Shown here piece by piece: positions 24,901 through 32,006 of a stretch of DNA of 41,432 nucleotides. Each line of letters starts with the position of its first letter. Position 1 is the first letter of the stretch. The translations under genes and the position numbers were made by a program. The notes beneath the pieces were generated by a model. The model saw only the letters and a program-made list of their open reading frames with translations, did not search any database and was not told where the DNA came from. The stretch comes from a virus: the UHGV virus genome UHGV-1461890, one strand, 5' to 3'.

Positions 24901-27265
24901 GGTTGAGCAGCTTGGTACTGATACAATGGTCTTCCTAAAATACTTAGGAGAACACAAGCAGTCTAACTCTATTGTGGACTTTGTTACATGGGACAATGCA
25001 CTTCCTTATTACACATTTAAACGCTTCGGTGAAGGCGGCGAATCTGTGTTTGAAGAGCTTATGGATGCTCAGGATAAATTGGCTTATCTTGCTGACGGTA
25101 TCTTCAAGTTTAAAGAAAATACTTGGACCGATAAAGAGGCAAGTGAGTGGAGCAAGGATACCCACACAATCAAATTACCGAGTGGTAGAGAGCTAACCTT
25201 AACCTCAGCCGATGCCATGTCAATTTACTGCCTATCACGAAGAGACCAAGGTAAGCAGCATTTGCTCGGCGGTGGTGTGAGAGTATTAGGTATCGAAAAG
25301 AATGGTAAAAAGGCTAATGACAGTAGGTCTCTGTTAAATCAGCAGGATTTAGTGGCAATAGCTAACTCCTTAACCGAAAGGCAAAAAAAGGTTGCCGAGG
25401 CTATTCAGCGATATATGTCAACCACTTGTGCTGAGTGGGGTAACGAAATCTCTATGAAGCGTTTCCTCACAAAAGAATTTAATGAACAATTCTACTTTCC
25501 TATTGAGTCTAACGATGAAAACCTCGACACAAAGGACCCGAAGGCCCAGCAGAGTGACCTTTATAGATTGCTTAATATTTCTGCTACCAAGCCTTTAACA
25601 AAGGGTGCAAACAACGAGGTTATAATCCGTAATGTGTTTGATGTGTTTGCTAATCATTCATCAGATATGGCTAAACTGAATGCTTTTGGTATGGCTCTCC
25701 TTGATTACATGAAGTGGATTAACTATCGTGTAAAGACTGTTAATGATGACGGACAAATCAGCGTTAGCGGTGTTCGTAAATCAATGGAAAAAGCCTACGG
25801 TTCAGAAGCCAATAAGTATGTGCTAAGTCTCATCAAGGATATAAATGGTCGCTATAACGATAATGGTGACAATAAGTTCCTTATGAAGATGATTCGTGGC
25901 GCTAAGACTGTTATGGTAGGTAATAACCTGAGAGTAGCGTTGTTACAGTTCACAGCATATCCAAGAGCCGCTATGGTACTTTCAAACAAGAGTCTTGCAT
26001 TAGGTCTCACTAAAGTGCCTCAGATTGAAAAAGCAAAGAAATATTGTGGCATTGCTTTGTGGAAATCGTTTGGTTTCTATGATACTAACATTTCTAAAAG
26101 CATAGAGGAGCAAATCAAGGGTGCAACGAACATTAGGCAAAAACTTATTGAGTTATCCTTAAAGGGCGCTGAATGGGGAGATGCAATCACATGGGGTTGC
26201 TTATGGAATGCCTGTGAGTATGAGGTTGCTAAAACCAATAAATACAAGGTTGGCTCCGAAGAGTTTAATCAGGCAGTAGGTAAAAAGCTTCGTGAGGTTG
26301 TATATGCGACTCAGGTTGTAGACTCTACTTTAACAAGGTCGCAGATGATGAGAAGCAAGAGTGGATTAAACCAAACCGCTTCAGCCTTCATGTCAGAGCC
26401 TACACTATCCGCTAATATGCTTATGGATGTTGCCTTCCAATTTAATCTTGAAAAGCGTAGGACAGGCTCAGCAAAGGCTGCTTGGAAAAAGACAAGTAAA
26501 TATGTCGGCAAGGCAGTAGGAGTTTACTGTGTAGTTCAGTTATTTGCTGCATTAGCAGAGAGCCTTATGGATGCTTATAGAGACGATGACGATGAGGAGT
26601 TTAAGAAGAAGTTCGGAGAGGCATTTAAAGAAAATGCTATATCCGACCTTAATCCAATCAACAAAATTCCTATTGTTGCAGATATTTCTGAAATGCTATT
26701 GTCTTTGACAGGTATAGGATACTATTCATCAGACAGTTTATACTCAACCGCTATCGATGAATTTAAAAATGTTTTTGAAACATGGCAAAAGGTTATAAAT
26801 GGTGAGGATGGTAAAACTGTTTATGCCGGTATCTATTCAACCACAAAGCTTTTATCCTACATAACAGGTGTATCAGGAAGCGGCTTAATGCGAGAGGTTG
26901 TTACCCTTTGGAACAACACAGCCGGTGCTGCTGACCCTTATTTGAAGATTAGGACATACGAAACCTCATCCACCGATAAAGGCATAGCAGAGTATCAGTT
27001 TGATAAGGGTGATACTGCCTCAGTTAAAACTACTATATCAAAAATGATTAAGGATAAAGTAAAGTCGGGCAAAACTGAAAAAGAAGCCAAATCTGCTGTA
27101 AGGTCCTCATTCACAAGCACTTATAAACCTGAATATATGGTTGCTGTAAAATCAAAAGATTATGACGAGATGAATCGCATAAGAAAACTCCTTTATGCAA
27201 CAGACTTATATGGCACATTATCCGAGCTTGACGAGACCTTGAAAAAGTGGCGCACAACTGAGTAG
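15917..27265 (+). CDS. Giant polyvalent protein, 3782 aa: hydrophobic Gly-zipper region, zincin metallopeptidase (HELTH), PBECR/MuF-C-like segment, unassigned central module, ART-PolyVal-like ADP-ribosyltransferase domain, long C-terminal region
   Basis: One stop-free 11349-nt frame with an AAGGAGGG RBS. Gly/Ala-rich hydrophobic segment at 17227-17810. HELTH at 19238-19252, preceded by NGFYKNGEIYIDLNAG. KPHDLSPEEVIGIIRAMNNPSHLVF around 19985. LSKEQQEFFKDSKVRDEKGNLKIMYHGT..GTGSYFT..DIRYSERD at 22400-23010. Confidence 0.8.
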   Translation: MGAKDVYEQLKREKQQGNSKAKKVYAQMMQSKIIDEFNSLIKHNSDFYNKTKSRFYDEDDNFIDIYRSDSEDWKNTAVSMSSSAREKSTNIRSLLDEYGSYYDADTVSSMLKTLDEHEKFSTDIVKQAVEQHDYFSEYKDENDYNQKVVIPKNQNEEWASANTEALKTEIGNLETSYKAYSELKSKRNLRSSQLISNYIKSGYTRDEAVKLAAKDKDIIEYDKKLSVYGDMSNAEKSLSEKKQFYNNATRVQEGLSLSGITDPSSKHYDPNYLKYSAKGEAMGDEKNGGFFTPDTQRKNQVAYLRNNPDMLELYEETANDANGASWGTSERILLDQIEYKAAKYMTDEEFLIYNAYLGKGDKESADKYLESIEETLTSRQGAAISEQQDTWLKKQLFSVYAGLDQWEQGIISLGNTEGKYDSPTGVQFASGTIREDLGAIGQGAYDLGVTTGNMLPSILVSYLTSGVGGAVGLGAKAAGTLGKVAGAATLGSSAAGNGYQEMLNLGYDKSQAQAYGTLVGLSEAGLEYVLGGISSLGGTVSGGITDKVVTKLVSNMDKAIAKVAIGAGGKLVGSMVSEFGEEYLQEVLDPVFKNITLNTDEDIRLFSSEALYAGILGALSAGLLEGGSSISGEVATYKAGKDVKNTGQLSNLKKFGTSFSADTVAYKIASQVDENTDAYTIGQLLHEVGADSLSEANIADIVKSLERKNISPEHAQTIAEWLNASVQGEVFNPLQRLALKNPDIAQTFKDVIINQNSTVNQRMQSYTDILQNIANEKEIIKANKSKAKAEKKANKTKTTEETKTTPFVPLSNEAITASKIESLAKELESEGVSPELAQVMAQRKVSESSEGKSVADTENAIENKFETNLDGQTLNTKTGDSVNVSEIASIKDGKMTLKLDNGETVDADDISFGTEDEGLIYSTVLDMGVNAAVANSLVKNYSPSDKLSARQYALGIKEAYKYGSYGMPINEISKNGFAADLSEAQRTHAYNLGKSDRTAKVEKAQKEVQKVVSGKNGIEGKVHFKGDELALKEVQRESLKRMGILSEVLGLNFHVFESYVDKNGKRVYKDTDGKIKKAPNGFYKNGEIYIDLNAGKDGQGIMIYTVAHELTHWIREWSPAKFKVLADFLFEQYGKGNRNVNKLIEDQITNAKNNGRTIDYDTAYEEVVADSMETMLSDDNVLEKIMLLKSKDESIIKKIGEFFEKIINSFKNLMQKYPPETTEGKLVSQMNDAFEELQSLFAEALVDASNNYQANKGQKNTTSEGDVKLQARELQRKDPTTLKEDELTTLLEYTKDKVLSDDTYIPVRINTPQILIAFAKEFGYTLENHPLAMQVYKARQALSNEENWDGDYQDKPHDLSPEEVIGIIRAMNNPSHLVFQTENERFAEIVKFEKEGSKEKAYAIVDFSDVNKNPDLMNGYKGGKYNILVTVYPSEDAADLKRYLSNKNHKVLTGEQMKKKGLSQGSYGGNTPSLLNDSPFFEDSIPQTSKKSQEKLSGRENFIGERNLEDFAEAKDTEGKTLFQYRAMESDEDVYREMLKTANIMSDSEINALFDTVDRAMDIIKDNLEILDYAWETDIDDRAFNPVKKNTDKLYQVSVDFSTLCRKRLLQQAIQAHLQEALNRPLTKNEGIAIRDALMTIQEEGKQIEIACALCYVESARMKSPAQIKRFIDGRETVIKNYFAGKSAEVKAQLKEAEAKARERLGVYDTPLTKLPSKAQKDIRGAKKDVISSYVPSAKEQELIEIAKGMSVNDFVTPKGLETLIKKYPDLFDAYASFIVNATHSKGIENDTWWRAGDSKNIGDTLIANMNAENGLRSQSWSDFQVIHLLDYMAATIELSTRKAKMQTYTKVPDFVELMGSTGEMINLSLIPTRNFNGTLDFDGIEGMEFEESLRLRDKYHATAGTIAIGVDNVQIQMLLDSMNIDYVIPYHRSGMAKAVRKAMHIPTWTEYENYQSEKNLSRDAAREQAKKYGVKLLSESDSNYQKHPNFSDWFDITEARQIAKMENSTPSDKAMAKKYGVMYGGYKAMQNAANNYLRLCAERSISPKFSHENANFTTEANYWKLLIDRKMIDNVTGEVIEQQAVKPIFDQGEVLRILNDELERYPSVKADQDYATRKVTENFLSGNIKGGMSAEAIAKAMKKSVDNIAKVNILASMGDSKLSDRDSEGNTLSKEQQEFFKDSKVRDEKGNLKIMYHGTSKGGHTVFDTYGSNYGLFGTGSYFTDNRDIAESYTKKGKGNNQQVYDTYLNITNPIDMDAQADVSKWEKQFPDADFSNCTTNEECYRAMEEWLEDEMLPKWEAAEIAIDGLQEMGYDGVTHIGGGRVNTDSTRHRVYIAFDSNQIKETTNTNPTSDPDIRYSERDAIESENKILDLESQISEIEEQLSEDIFDEIPDDERKKMNNQLWKLRNELQKLEKAEREATVKTSLSEIRDNLDKYRYIDLRSLAEGLGWEEYADLSKTQLANALRESLNEIEQEWKEDETSDFNSAKDGMWIRPISEEESNKVIKVKFQDRDADTTENIEKINKQLAKENLKLIEDVKYLKELVKLQGKETHGKVLKKSTVELVAKRLMTYVSARGNTSELVGHLTNVYNYIIQGEDVSWEGIQEKAEAAADWLMQNEHHKPVRDDVANEILHYLRTTGISFDSGQKQEAAYRYDSFNNFRKKNMGRLKITNDGLPLDMAWQELASMYPGYFDPEVNSNDQPLVLMDIIDGLQNTYELDDYHYYSDEMIKQDLLMKIYEGYWDVSALHTVADAKQKEINLLKAKHRESMDSLRQTHAEADAKLRQEHKDKISQLRSQYREREEKKVQKVAEYYQKSRKEAVDRVKESREKRDAITKLQRLVLDTAKWVSYPAKDAVKCPDIIKVPYAEFLESIDLSSKRLLSGGEPTQNDLRVASAMDSLAKAIEQKLGTQRPDTDTETVLDTGYLDLPVHFVENLKELAESLKKRMATDGHIVNSMTSTEIRDLTKFIRTLNHSIKEMSTLYANMRFAKVEQLGTDTMVFLKYLGEHKQSNSIVDFVTWDNALPYYTFKRFGEGGESVFEELMDAQDKLAYLADGIFKFKENTWTDKEASEWSKDTHTIKLPSGRELTLTSADAMSIYCLSRRDQGKQHLLGGGVRVLGIEKNGKKANDSRSLLNQQDLVAIANSLTERQKKVAEAIQRYMSTTCAEWGNEISMKRFLTKEFNEQFYFPIESNDENLDTKDPKAQQSDLYRLLNISATKPLTKGANNEVIIRNVFDVFANHSSDMAKLNAFGMALLDYMKWINYRVKTVNDDGQISVSGVRKSMEKAYGSEANKYVLSLIKDINGRYNDNGDNKFLMKMIRGAKTVMVGNNLRVALLQFTAYPRAAMVLSNKSLALGLTKVPQIEKAKKYCGIALWKSFGFYDTNISKSIEEQIKGATNIRQKLIELSLKGAEWGDAITWGCLWNACEYEVAKTNKYKVGSEEFNQAVGKKLREVVYATQVVDSTLTRSQMMRSKSGLNQTASAFMSEPTLSANMLMDVAFQFNLEKRRTGSAKAAWKKTSKYVGKAVGVYCVVQLFAALAESLMDAYRDDDDEEFKKKFGEAFKENAISDLNPINKIPIVADISEMLLSLTGIGYYSSDSLYSTAIDEFKNVFETWQKVINGEDGKTVYAGIYSTTKLLSYITGVSGSGLMREVVTLWNNTAGAADPYLKIRTYETSSTDKGIAEYQFDKGDTASVKTTISKMIKDKVKSGKTEKEAKSAVRSSFTSTYKPEYMVAVKSKDYDEMNRIRKLLYATDLYGTLSELDETLKKWRTTE

Positions 27266-27270
27266 ACACA

Positions 27271-27304
27271 ATATAGGGGGGGTTTAGACAAGCCTCCCCT
27301 ATAT
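27271..27304 (+). terminator. Hairpin after the giant ORF
   Basis: 12-bp arms atataggggggg / cctcccctatat (one mismatch) with a 10-nt loop. The T tail is weak. Confidence 0.4.
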
Positions 27305-27312
27305 GTTAATAT
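27274..27312 (+). promoter_or_regulatory. Candidate late promoter: G7 run + TTAGAC-N17-(TGt)TAATAT upstream of the fibre genes
   Basis: TAGGGGGGGTTTAG at 27274-27287, identical to 3328-3341. -35-like at 27284-27289 and an extended -10 at 27304-27312. Confidence 0.35.
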
Positions 27313-27337
27313 TTTAATGAAAATGGAGGGAAATTTT

Positions 27338-29203
27338 ATGAATTATGCAGTATATAATATTGCTCTTGACATACATAAGACAGGCTCTCAGGTAGCCTTG
27401 CCTATGATAAGAGGCGAGAACAAAAGAAAAATAGTTATCTCTCTTACCGAAAATGGTAGGCCATATAAAATAGCAAGTGGCTGCACAGCAAAGTTTGCAG
27501 CCTTTAAGCCTGACGGAAAACCTATTTATAACGATTGTGTTGTAGATATAGAAAACAATCTCATAATTTACACCATTACTTCTCAGACAACAGCAGTTAT
27601 GGGTGAAGTAAAGTGCCAAATTGAACTTATTGGAACTGATGACGGTTTACTCTTCTCCCCTACATTCAGCCTTATAGTTGCAGATAAATTATATAACCAA
27701 GAGCCTATATTAGCCTCATCCGAGGAGTTTAATGCTCTTACTGCCTATGTTGCTGACCTTCAGAAAAAACTTGATAATGGCGAGTTTAAAGGTGATAAGG
27801 GTGACAAGGGAGATAGGGGAGACCGAGGACCTCAAGGTGTTCAGGGTGATACAGGTCCTGCCGGTAAAGATGCAGACTCCTCTTCCCTATCTCCATCTAT
27901 TATATGTACCGAAAAGGGAACTGCAATTACTATTTCGGATAGTTCTGAGTCGGGATTTGAGGCTTTTAGCATATATGGAAGGTCCACTCAGAATGGAACA
28001 CCGACACCTTCGGCACCTGTAAACATTGCCTCGGTTGGTGATGATGGAAAGATTATTGCCGGTGTACAAGACAAAACTAATATATTTGATACTGTGTTCA
28101 CAAGCGGTGGCATTACTCAAGATACAGGAAAAGAATTCGTTGATACTACATTACAACGAACGGATTATATTTCCGTTAAGGAAGGGTCTATCTATAAAAT
28201 ATCAGGGTTAGGTGGCCCGGTCAGAATATTCTGTTACAATGCAAACAAAGTGTTTTTGTCCTCAATTTATGGAACGACAGGCGAATGGTTTGTTGTTCCA
28301 ACATCATGTGCTTTTATTAGATTTCATATAGTAATAGCTAATTACAACAAAGACTTGAAGGTAAATCGAATTAATGCAATAACCTTAGAAAATCGTGTGT
28401 TAAGAGCCATCCCTGTCACCGACTCAAGCCTCGCTACATACACCGATACTAACGGTCAAATGTGGTGCGCTGATGAGATAGACTTTGAGAGAGGAGTTTA
28501 TATTCAAAGATGCTATACTGAAACTATATCAATGACGTATGAAGAAGCAAATAACCGATATATAGGGGAAATAAGTAAAAATGCCAACTCGAAAATATCA
28601 AATAGCATTGGGATAATTGTTCTTACCGATAAATTGCCTTATAACGAGAATGCAGGAAAGATAGACGAAGCAGTGAATGGTGTGCGTGTATCTTACGGAA
28701 ACAAAAAAGCGGTAATTGCTTACTTTAATGACGAGGTCATATCTTCGCTCAATATTCTCTATCCGTTAGAGATATCAATCGAAACACCTTTAACCTCAGA
28801 ACAAATTGCAGCATACAAGGCCCTGAAGACAAATTACCCATCTACAACCATATTAAATGATGAAAATGCATTTATGAAGGTGGGATATAGAGCTGATACT
28901 AAGAAGTTTATAGAGAAAATGTCAGGCTCGACTACTCAGATTTCTTCCGTTACTCTTGCTGCTTCAAAATGGGTAGGCACAGCAAGTCCATATTCTCAGG
29001 TTGTGACAGTTCCGGGTGCTACTAAAAACAGCAAGATAGACCTTAACCCTTCCGTTGCTCAGCTTGGTATCTTCCATAATAAAGATATTTCCTTTGTGGT
29101 TGAAAATGATGACGGAGTAATAACGGTATATTGCATAGGTCAGAAACCTACAAACGATTACACAATACAAGCCACAATTACGGAGGTGTATGTAAATGGC
29201 TAA
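27338..29203 (+). CDS. Tail fibre / baseplate-upper-protein-like protein with a collagen-like Gly-X-Y segment
   Basis: The ATG at 27338 lies 7 nt after GGAGGG (the listed start is 27317). N-terminal domain resembles BppU_N (MNYAVYNIALD..GENKRKIVISLTENG). GDKGDKGDRGDRGPQGVQGDTGPAGK at 27791-27868. Confidence 0.7.
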   Translation: MNYAVYNIALDIHKTGSQVALPMIRGENKRKIVISLTENGRPYKIASGCTAKFAAFKPDGKPIYNDCVVDIENNLIIYTITSQTTAVMGEVKCQIELIGTDDGLLFSPTFSLIVADKLYNQEPILASSEEFNALTAYVADLQKKLDNGEFKGDKGDKGDRGDRGPQGVQGDTGPAGKDADSSSLSPSIICTEKGTAITISDSSESGFEAFSIYGRSTQNGTPTPSAPVNIASVGDDGKIIAGVQDKTNIFDTVFTSGGITQDTGKEFVDTTLQRTDYISVKEGSIYKISGLGGPVRIFCYNANKVFLSSIYGTTGEWFVVPTSCAFIRFHIVIANYNKDLKVNRINAITLENRVLRAIPVTDSSLATYTDTNGQMWCADEIDFERGVYIQRCYTETISMTYEEANNRYIGEISKNANSKISNSIGIIVLTDKLPYNENAGKIDEAVNGVRVSYGNKKAVIAYFNDEVISSLNILYPLEISIETPLTSEQIAAYKALKTNYPSTTILNDENAFMKVGYRADTKKFIEKMSGSTTQISSVTLAASKWVGTASPYSQVVTVPGATKNSKIDLNPSVAQLGIFHNKDISFVVENDDGVITVYCIGQKPTNDYTIQATITEVYVNG

Positions 29204-30290
29204 AATTTATGGTGGTACAATCACAACACCAATCAATCCGGAAATGTTTGGTGGTAATGCCAACACTATAAAGAACAGTGTAAGCGGTAGCATAGTAACC
29301 ATACCTGACATTTCACCTATTGAACATAATCTAGATATTAAGTTGACAGGAGAGGTTGGAGTTGAGGTATTTGATATTTCTCAAATATCGAGCAATGATA
29401 CCATTCAGGTAAATGTGGAAAATGGCACAATAACAACAGGCGACGCTAAAGGCTATACAACTGAAAGCTTTGGAGCATTATATCCTGAAATTAAAGATGG
29501 TGACAAAGTAACAATTAGTTATAAATCAAATGGCAAAATATATGTTGGTGAGGGGTTGTTTGACGAAAGCGAAGAAAACGGCATTATATATTTGCGTTTT
29601 ATTGCAAGTGAAAATTACCATTTAACAAGCTCGATTGCTTTTAGTTCAGAAACAACCTATACCAATATAAGCATTAAAGTCGCCCGACCAATAGTCGATT
29701 TTTCTGATGTCGAGGTTATCAGTAGCGGTAAAAATCTGTTTAATGTTGATGTATTTGTATCTAATGAAAAAGGAATTACAAACAATGGCGACGGAACATT
29801 AACCGTTACACAATATCCTTCGTATACAGACCGCACATTAGCAGATTTATTCCCTGCTTTAAGAGTGGGCGACACTATTATATTTAACGTAGATACTAAT
29901 TATACAGATTATTACCATAAGATGATTTATTTAAGTAGCACTACACATAAAATTAGAATTGGTACACCATACACCATAAAAAAGGGTGACTTGTCTGATA
30001 AAGTGTGTCTATATTGCTATAGAGCAGATGGCGTAAACTACCCAACTACTTTTTCTAATATGCAAATAGAATTGGGAACTGTAAAAACAGAATATGAGCC
30101 TTACCGAGAACCACAAATTGTCAGGGCAAATGCCGACGGTGCGGTTAAAGGACTTAAAAGTATTTATCCCACAACTGTTTTAAAGGCAGATACAGAGGGT
30201 GTAATAATCAACACTACCTACAATGTTGATACCAAAACATATATAGACCGAAAATTTGCCGAGCTTTCACAGGCACTACTTAATTTATAG
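29196..30290 (+). CDS. Tail fibre / receptor-binding protein candidate
   Basis: Overlaps the upstream fibre gene by 8 nt. Beta-rich 364 aa. Sits just before the lysis region. Confidence 0.55.
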   Translation: MAKIYGGTITTPINPEMFGGNANTIKNSVSGSIVTIPDISPIEHNLDIKLTGEVGVEVFDISQISSNDTIQVNVENGTITTGDAKGYTTESFGALYPEIKDGDKVTISYKSNGKIYVGEGLFDESEENGIIYLRFIASENYHLTSSIAFSSETTYTNISIKVARPIVDFSDVEVISSGKNLFNVDVFVSNEKGITNNGDGTLTVTQYPSYTDRTLADLFPALRVGDTIIFNVDTNYTDYYHKMIYLSSTTHKIRIGTPYTIKKGDLSDKVCLYCYRADGVNYPTTFSNMQIELGTVKTEYEPYREPQIVRANADGAVKGLKSIYPTTVLKADTEGVIINTTYNVDTKTYIDRKFAELSQALLNL

Positions 30291-30302
30291 GAGGAATTTT
30301 AA

Positions 30303-30692
30303 ATGTTTAATACAGTAAAAAATGTTTTATCACAGGGCGGTTATGACCTAAAGGACATACTTAATAAAATTGAGGTGCTTTGGGTAAAAGGTAAGCTCAC
30401 AGACGAGGAACACGAAGAACTTATTACTCTTGCAAGAGATGGTGCTAAACCTGAAAATAGCCTTGATGTTTTTGCAAAACTTGATGAATTTGAAAAGCGT
30501 ATAAGAGCGTTAAAGGACAACACCGACAAACCTGATGCAGAAACCTATATAGAGTTTGAAAATGGTAAATGGTATTACAACGGTGACAAGATACTATTTG
30601 AGGGCGAAAACTATGTGTGTATAGCGCCTGAGGGTACCGTGTGCGTATGGTCGCCAAAAGACTACCCTACTTATTGGGAAAAGGCGGTGTAA
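30303..30692 (+). CDS. XkdX-like N-terminus fused to a CBM5/12-like (chitin-binding-type) C-terminus
   Basis: VKGKLTDEEHEELITLA resembles the XkdX signature. GKWYYNGDKILFEGENYVCIAPEGTVCVWSPKDYPTYW fits the W..G..Y..GD...Y.G..Y......W.P......W pattern. Confidence 0.4.
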   Translation: MFNTVKNVLSQGGYDLKDILNKIEVLWVKGKLTDEEHEELITLARDGAKPENSLDVFAKLDEFEKRIRALKDNTDKPDAETYIEFENGKWYYNGDKILFEGENYVCIAPEGTVCVWSPKDYPTYWEKAV

Positions 30693-30695
30693 CCG

Positions 30696-30974
30696 TTGGC
30701 GACAGAATACATCGAGTTTGTGAAGTTAATTGTTTCAGAACTTACAATAATGGCACCTGTGATAATTGCGATATTTTTAATTATACAGGGTATTAAATGT
30801 TTGTTGAGGAGCGAGATGCTTCGAACATATTACCACAATAAAGACCGTGAAAAGATAAGACAGTTTGAGCTTGAAAATTTTATAGCCTTATACAAAGCAT
30901 ACAAAGCACTTAGAGGCAACAGCTTCATTGATAAAATATATAAAGAGGTTATGTCTTGGGAAGTAATAAGTTAA
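30696..30974 (+). CDS. Small single-pass membrane protein of the lysis region (holin-associated candidate)
   Basis: One hydrophobic helix (LTIMAPVIIAIFLIIQGI). The TTG start is weakly supported and the ATG at 30750 is an alternative. Confidence 0.45.
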   Translation: MATEYIEFVKLIVSELTIMAPVIIAIFLIIQGIKCLLRSEMLRTYYHNKDREKIRQFELENFIALYKAYKALRGNSFIDKIYKEVMSWEVIS

Positions 30975-30986
30975 AGGAGAATTGTT

Positions 30987-31181
30987 ATGGAAAAGTTTAA
31001 GAAAATAGCAAAGTATGTATTAAACAGTTTAACTATCGTAAATGCCTTGCTAATAGGCTTAGACCCTATATGGAATATTCCGTATGCGGATAAAACCATA
31101 GCAACTATATCGGTGGTTATGGCGGTAATATCTACATACTTGTTAGGCAACAAAGCCGTAAGCAAAGCAAAGGGGGAATAA
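30987..31181 (+). CDS. Holin (two transmembrane segments)
   Basis: 64 aa with two hydrophobic helices and a charged C-terminus (SKAKGE). GGAG RBS. Immediately upstream of the endolysin. Confidence 0.7.
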   Translation: MEKFKKIAKYVLNSLTIVNALLIGLDPIWNIPYADKTIATISVVMAVISTYLLGNKAVSKAKGE

Positions 31182-31182
31182 T

Positions 31183-31893
31183 ATGTTCAAACTCGCATTG
31201 AATTCAGGACATTATAAAGAAACGGCAGGTAAACGATGCCTTAAAAAACTTGATAAGAACGAGACAAGAGAATGGGTGCTGAATGACCGAATCTGTGATA
31301 AGATTGAACAAAAGTTAAAAGACTATGAAGGATATCAACTTTTGAGAATTGACGATACAACCGGAAGCACCGATGTATCCCTTGCCAATAGAGTGACTAA
31401 AGCAAACTCTTGGGGTGCTGACTTCTATCTTTCTATTCACCATAACGCAGGTATCAATGGTGGCACAGGCGGTGGTGTAATGGCATATACATATACCAAA
31501 GTTGATGAAATTACAAAGGCTTGGCAGAAGGAACTGTATAATGCAATCATCAAGAACACAGGATTAAAGGGTAATCGTTCTACTCCCCTTGCTTCTGCAA
31601 ATCTTTACGAATGCAGAAAGACAAGTATGCCATGTGTACTCCTTGAATGTGGCTTTATGGACTCCGCAACAGATGTTCCGGTCATCCTTACCGATGACTT
31701 TGCGGACAAGGTTGCATCCGCTTGTGTCTCTGTAATTGTCTCTAAGGGCGGTTTAACTAAAAAGAAGGTAGAAGAGCCTACCACATCAAAAGTCCTTTAC
31801 AGAGTGCAAACAGGAGCATTTTTTGATAAGGCTAACGCAGTTGAGCTTGTAAACAAGTTAAAGAAAGACGGTTACGATGCAATAATCGTATAA
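31183..31893 (+). CDS. Endolysin: N-acetylmuramoyl-L-alanine amidase (Amidase_3 type) with a C-terminal SPOR domain
   Basis: ADFYLSIHHNAG and CVLLECGFMDS amidase motifs. C-terminal YRVQTGAFFDKANAVELVNKLKKDGYDAIIV is SPOR-like. Confidence 0.85.
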   Translation: MFKLALNSGHYKETAGKRCLKKLDKNETREWVLNDRICDKIEQKLKDYEGYQLLRIDDTTGSTDVSLANRVTKANSWGADFYLSIHHNAGINGGTGGGVMAYTYTKVDEITKAWQKELYNAIIKNTGLKGNRSTPLASANLYECRKTSMPCVLLECGFMDSATDVPVILTDDFADKVASACVSVIVSKGGLTKKKVEEPTTSKVLYRVQTGAFFDKANAVELVNKLKKDGYDAIIV

Positions 31894-31898
31894 AAAAA

Positions 31899-31928
31899 TA
31901 GAGTCTCCTTTGCGGAGGCTCTATTTTA
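31899..31928 (+). terminator. Rho-independent terminator of the late/lysis operon
   Basis: Stem tagagtctcc / ggaggctcta with one G-U pair, loop tttgc, then TTTT. Confidence 0.75.
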
Positions 31929-31945
31929 CTTATGTATTGATATAG

Positions 31946-31974
31946 TTGACAAATAAAGGAAAATGTGTTAAACT
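31946..31974 (+). promoter_or_regulatory. Sigma-70-like promoter: TTGACA-N17-(TGt)TAAACT
   Basis: TTGACA at 31946-31951, a 17-nt spacer and an extended -10 tgttaaact at 31966-31974. Confidence 0.45.
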
Positions 31975-32006
31975 AACTACACAACAAATGAGATGTTTTA
32001 ACACAT
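31963..32006. repeat. Inverted repeat, 10-bp arms with a 24-nt spacer (attP candidate 1)
   Basis: atgtgttaaa at 31963-31972 and tttaacacat at 31997-32006 are perfect reverse complements. Confidence 0.8.

Noticed and set aside
15917-27265. Giant ORF as a conventional tape measure protein
   Set aside because: No upstream major tail protein or frameshifted chaperone pair is present. The ORF contains enzyme-type motifs (HExxH, ART-like) and is far longer than needed for a tail. A partial tape-measure-like role for the hydrophobic segment cannot be excluded.
27317-29203. Diversity-generating retroelement acting on the fibre gene
   Set aside because: No reverse transcriptase ORF exists anywhere in the window, and I saw no template/variable repeat pair.
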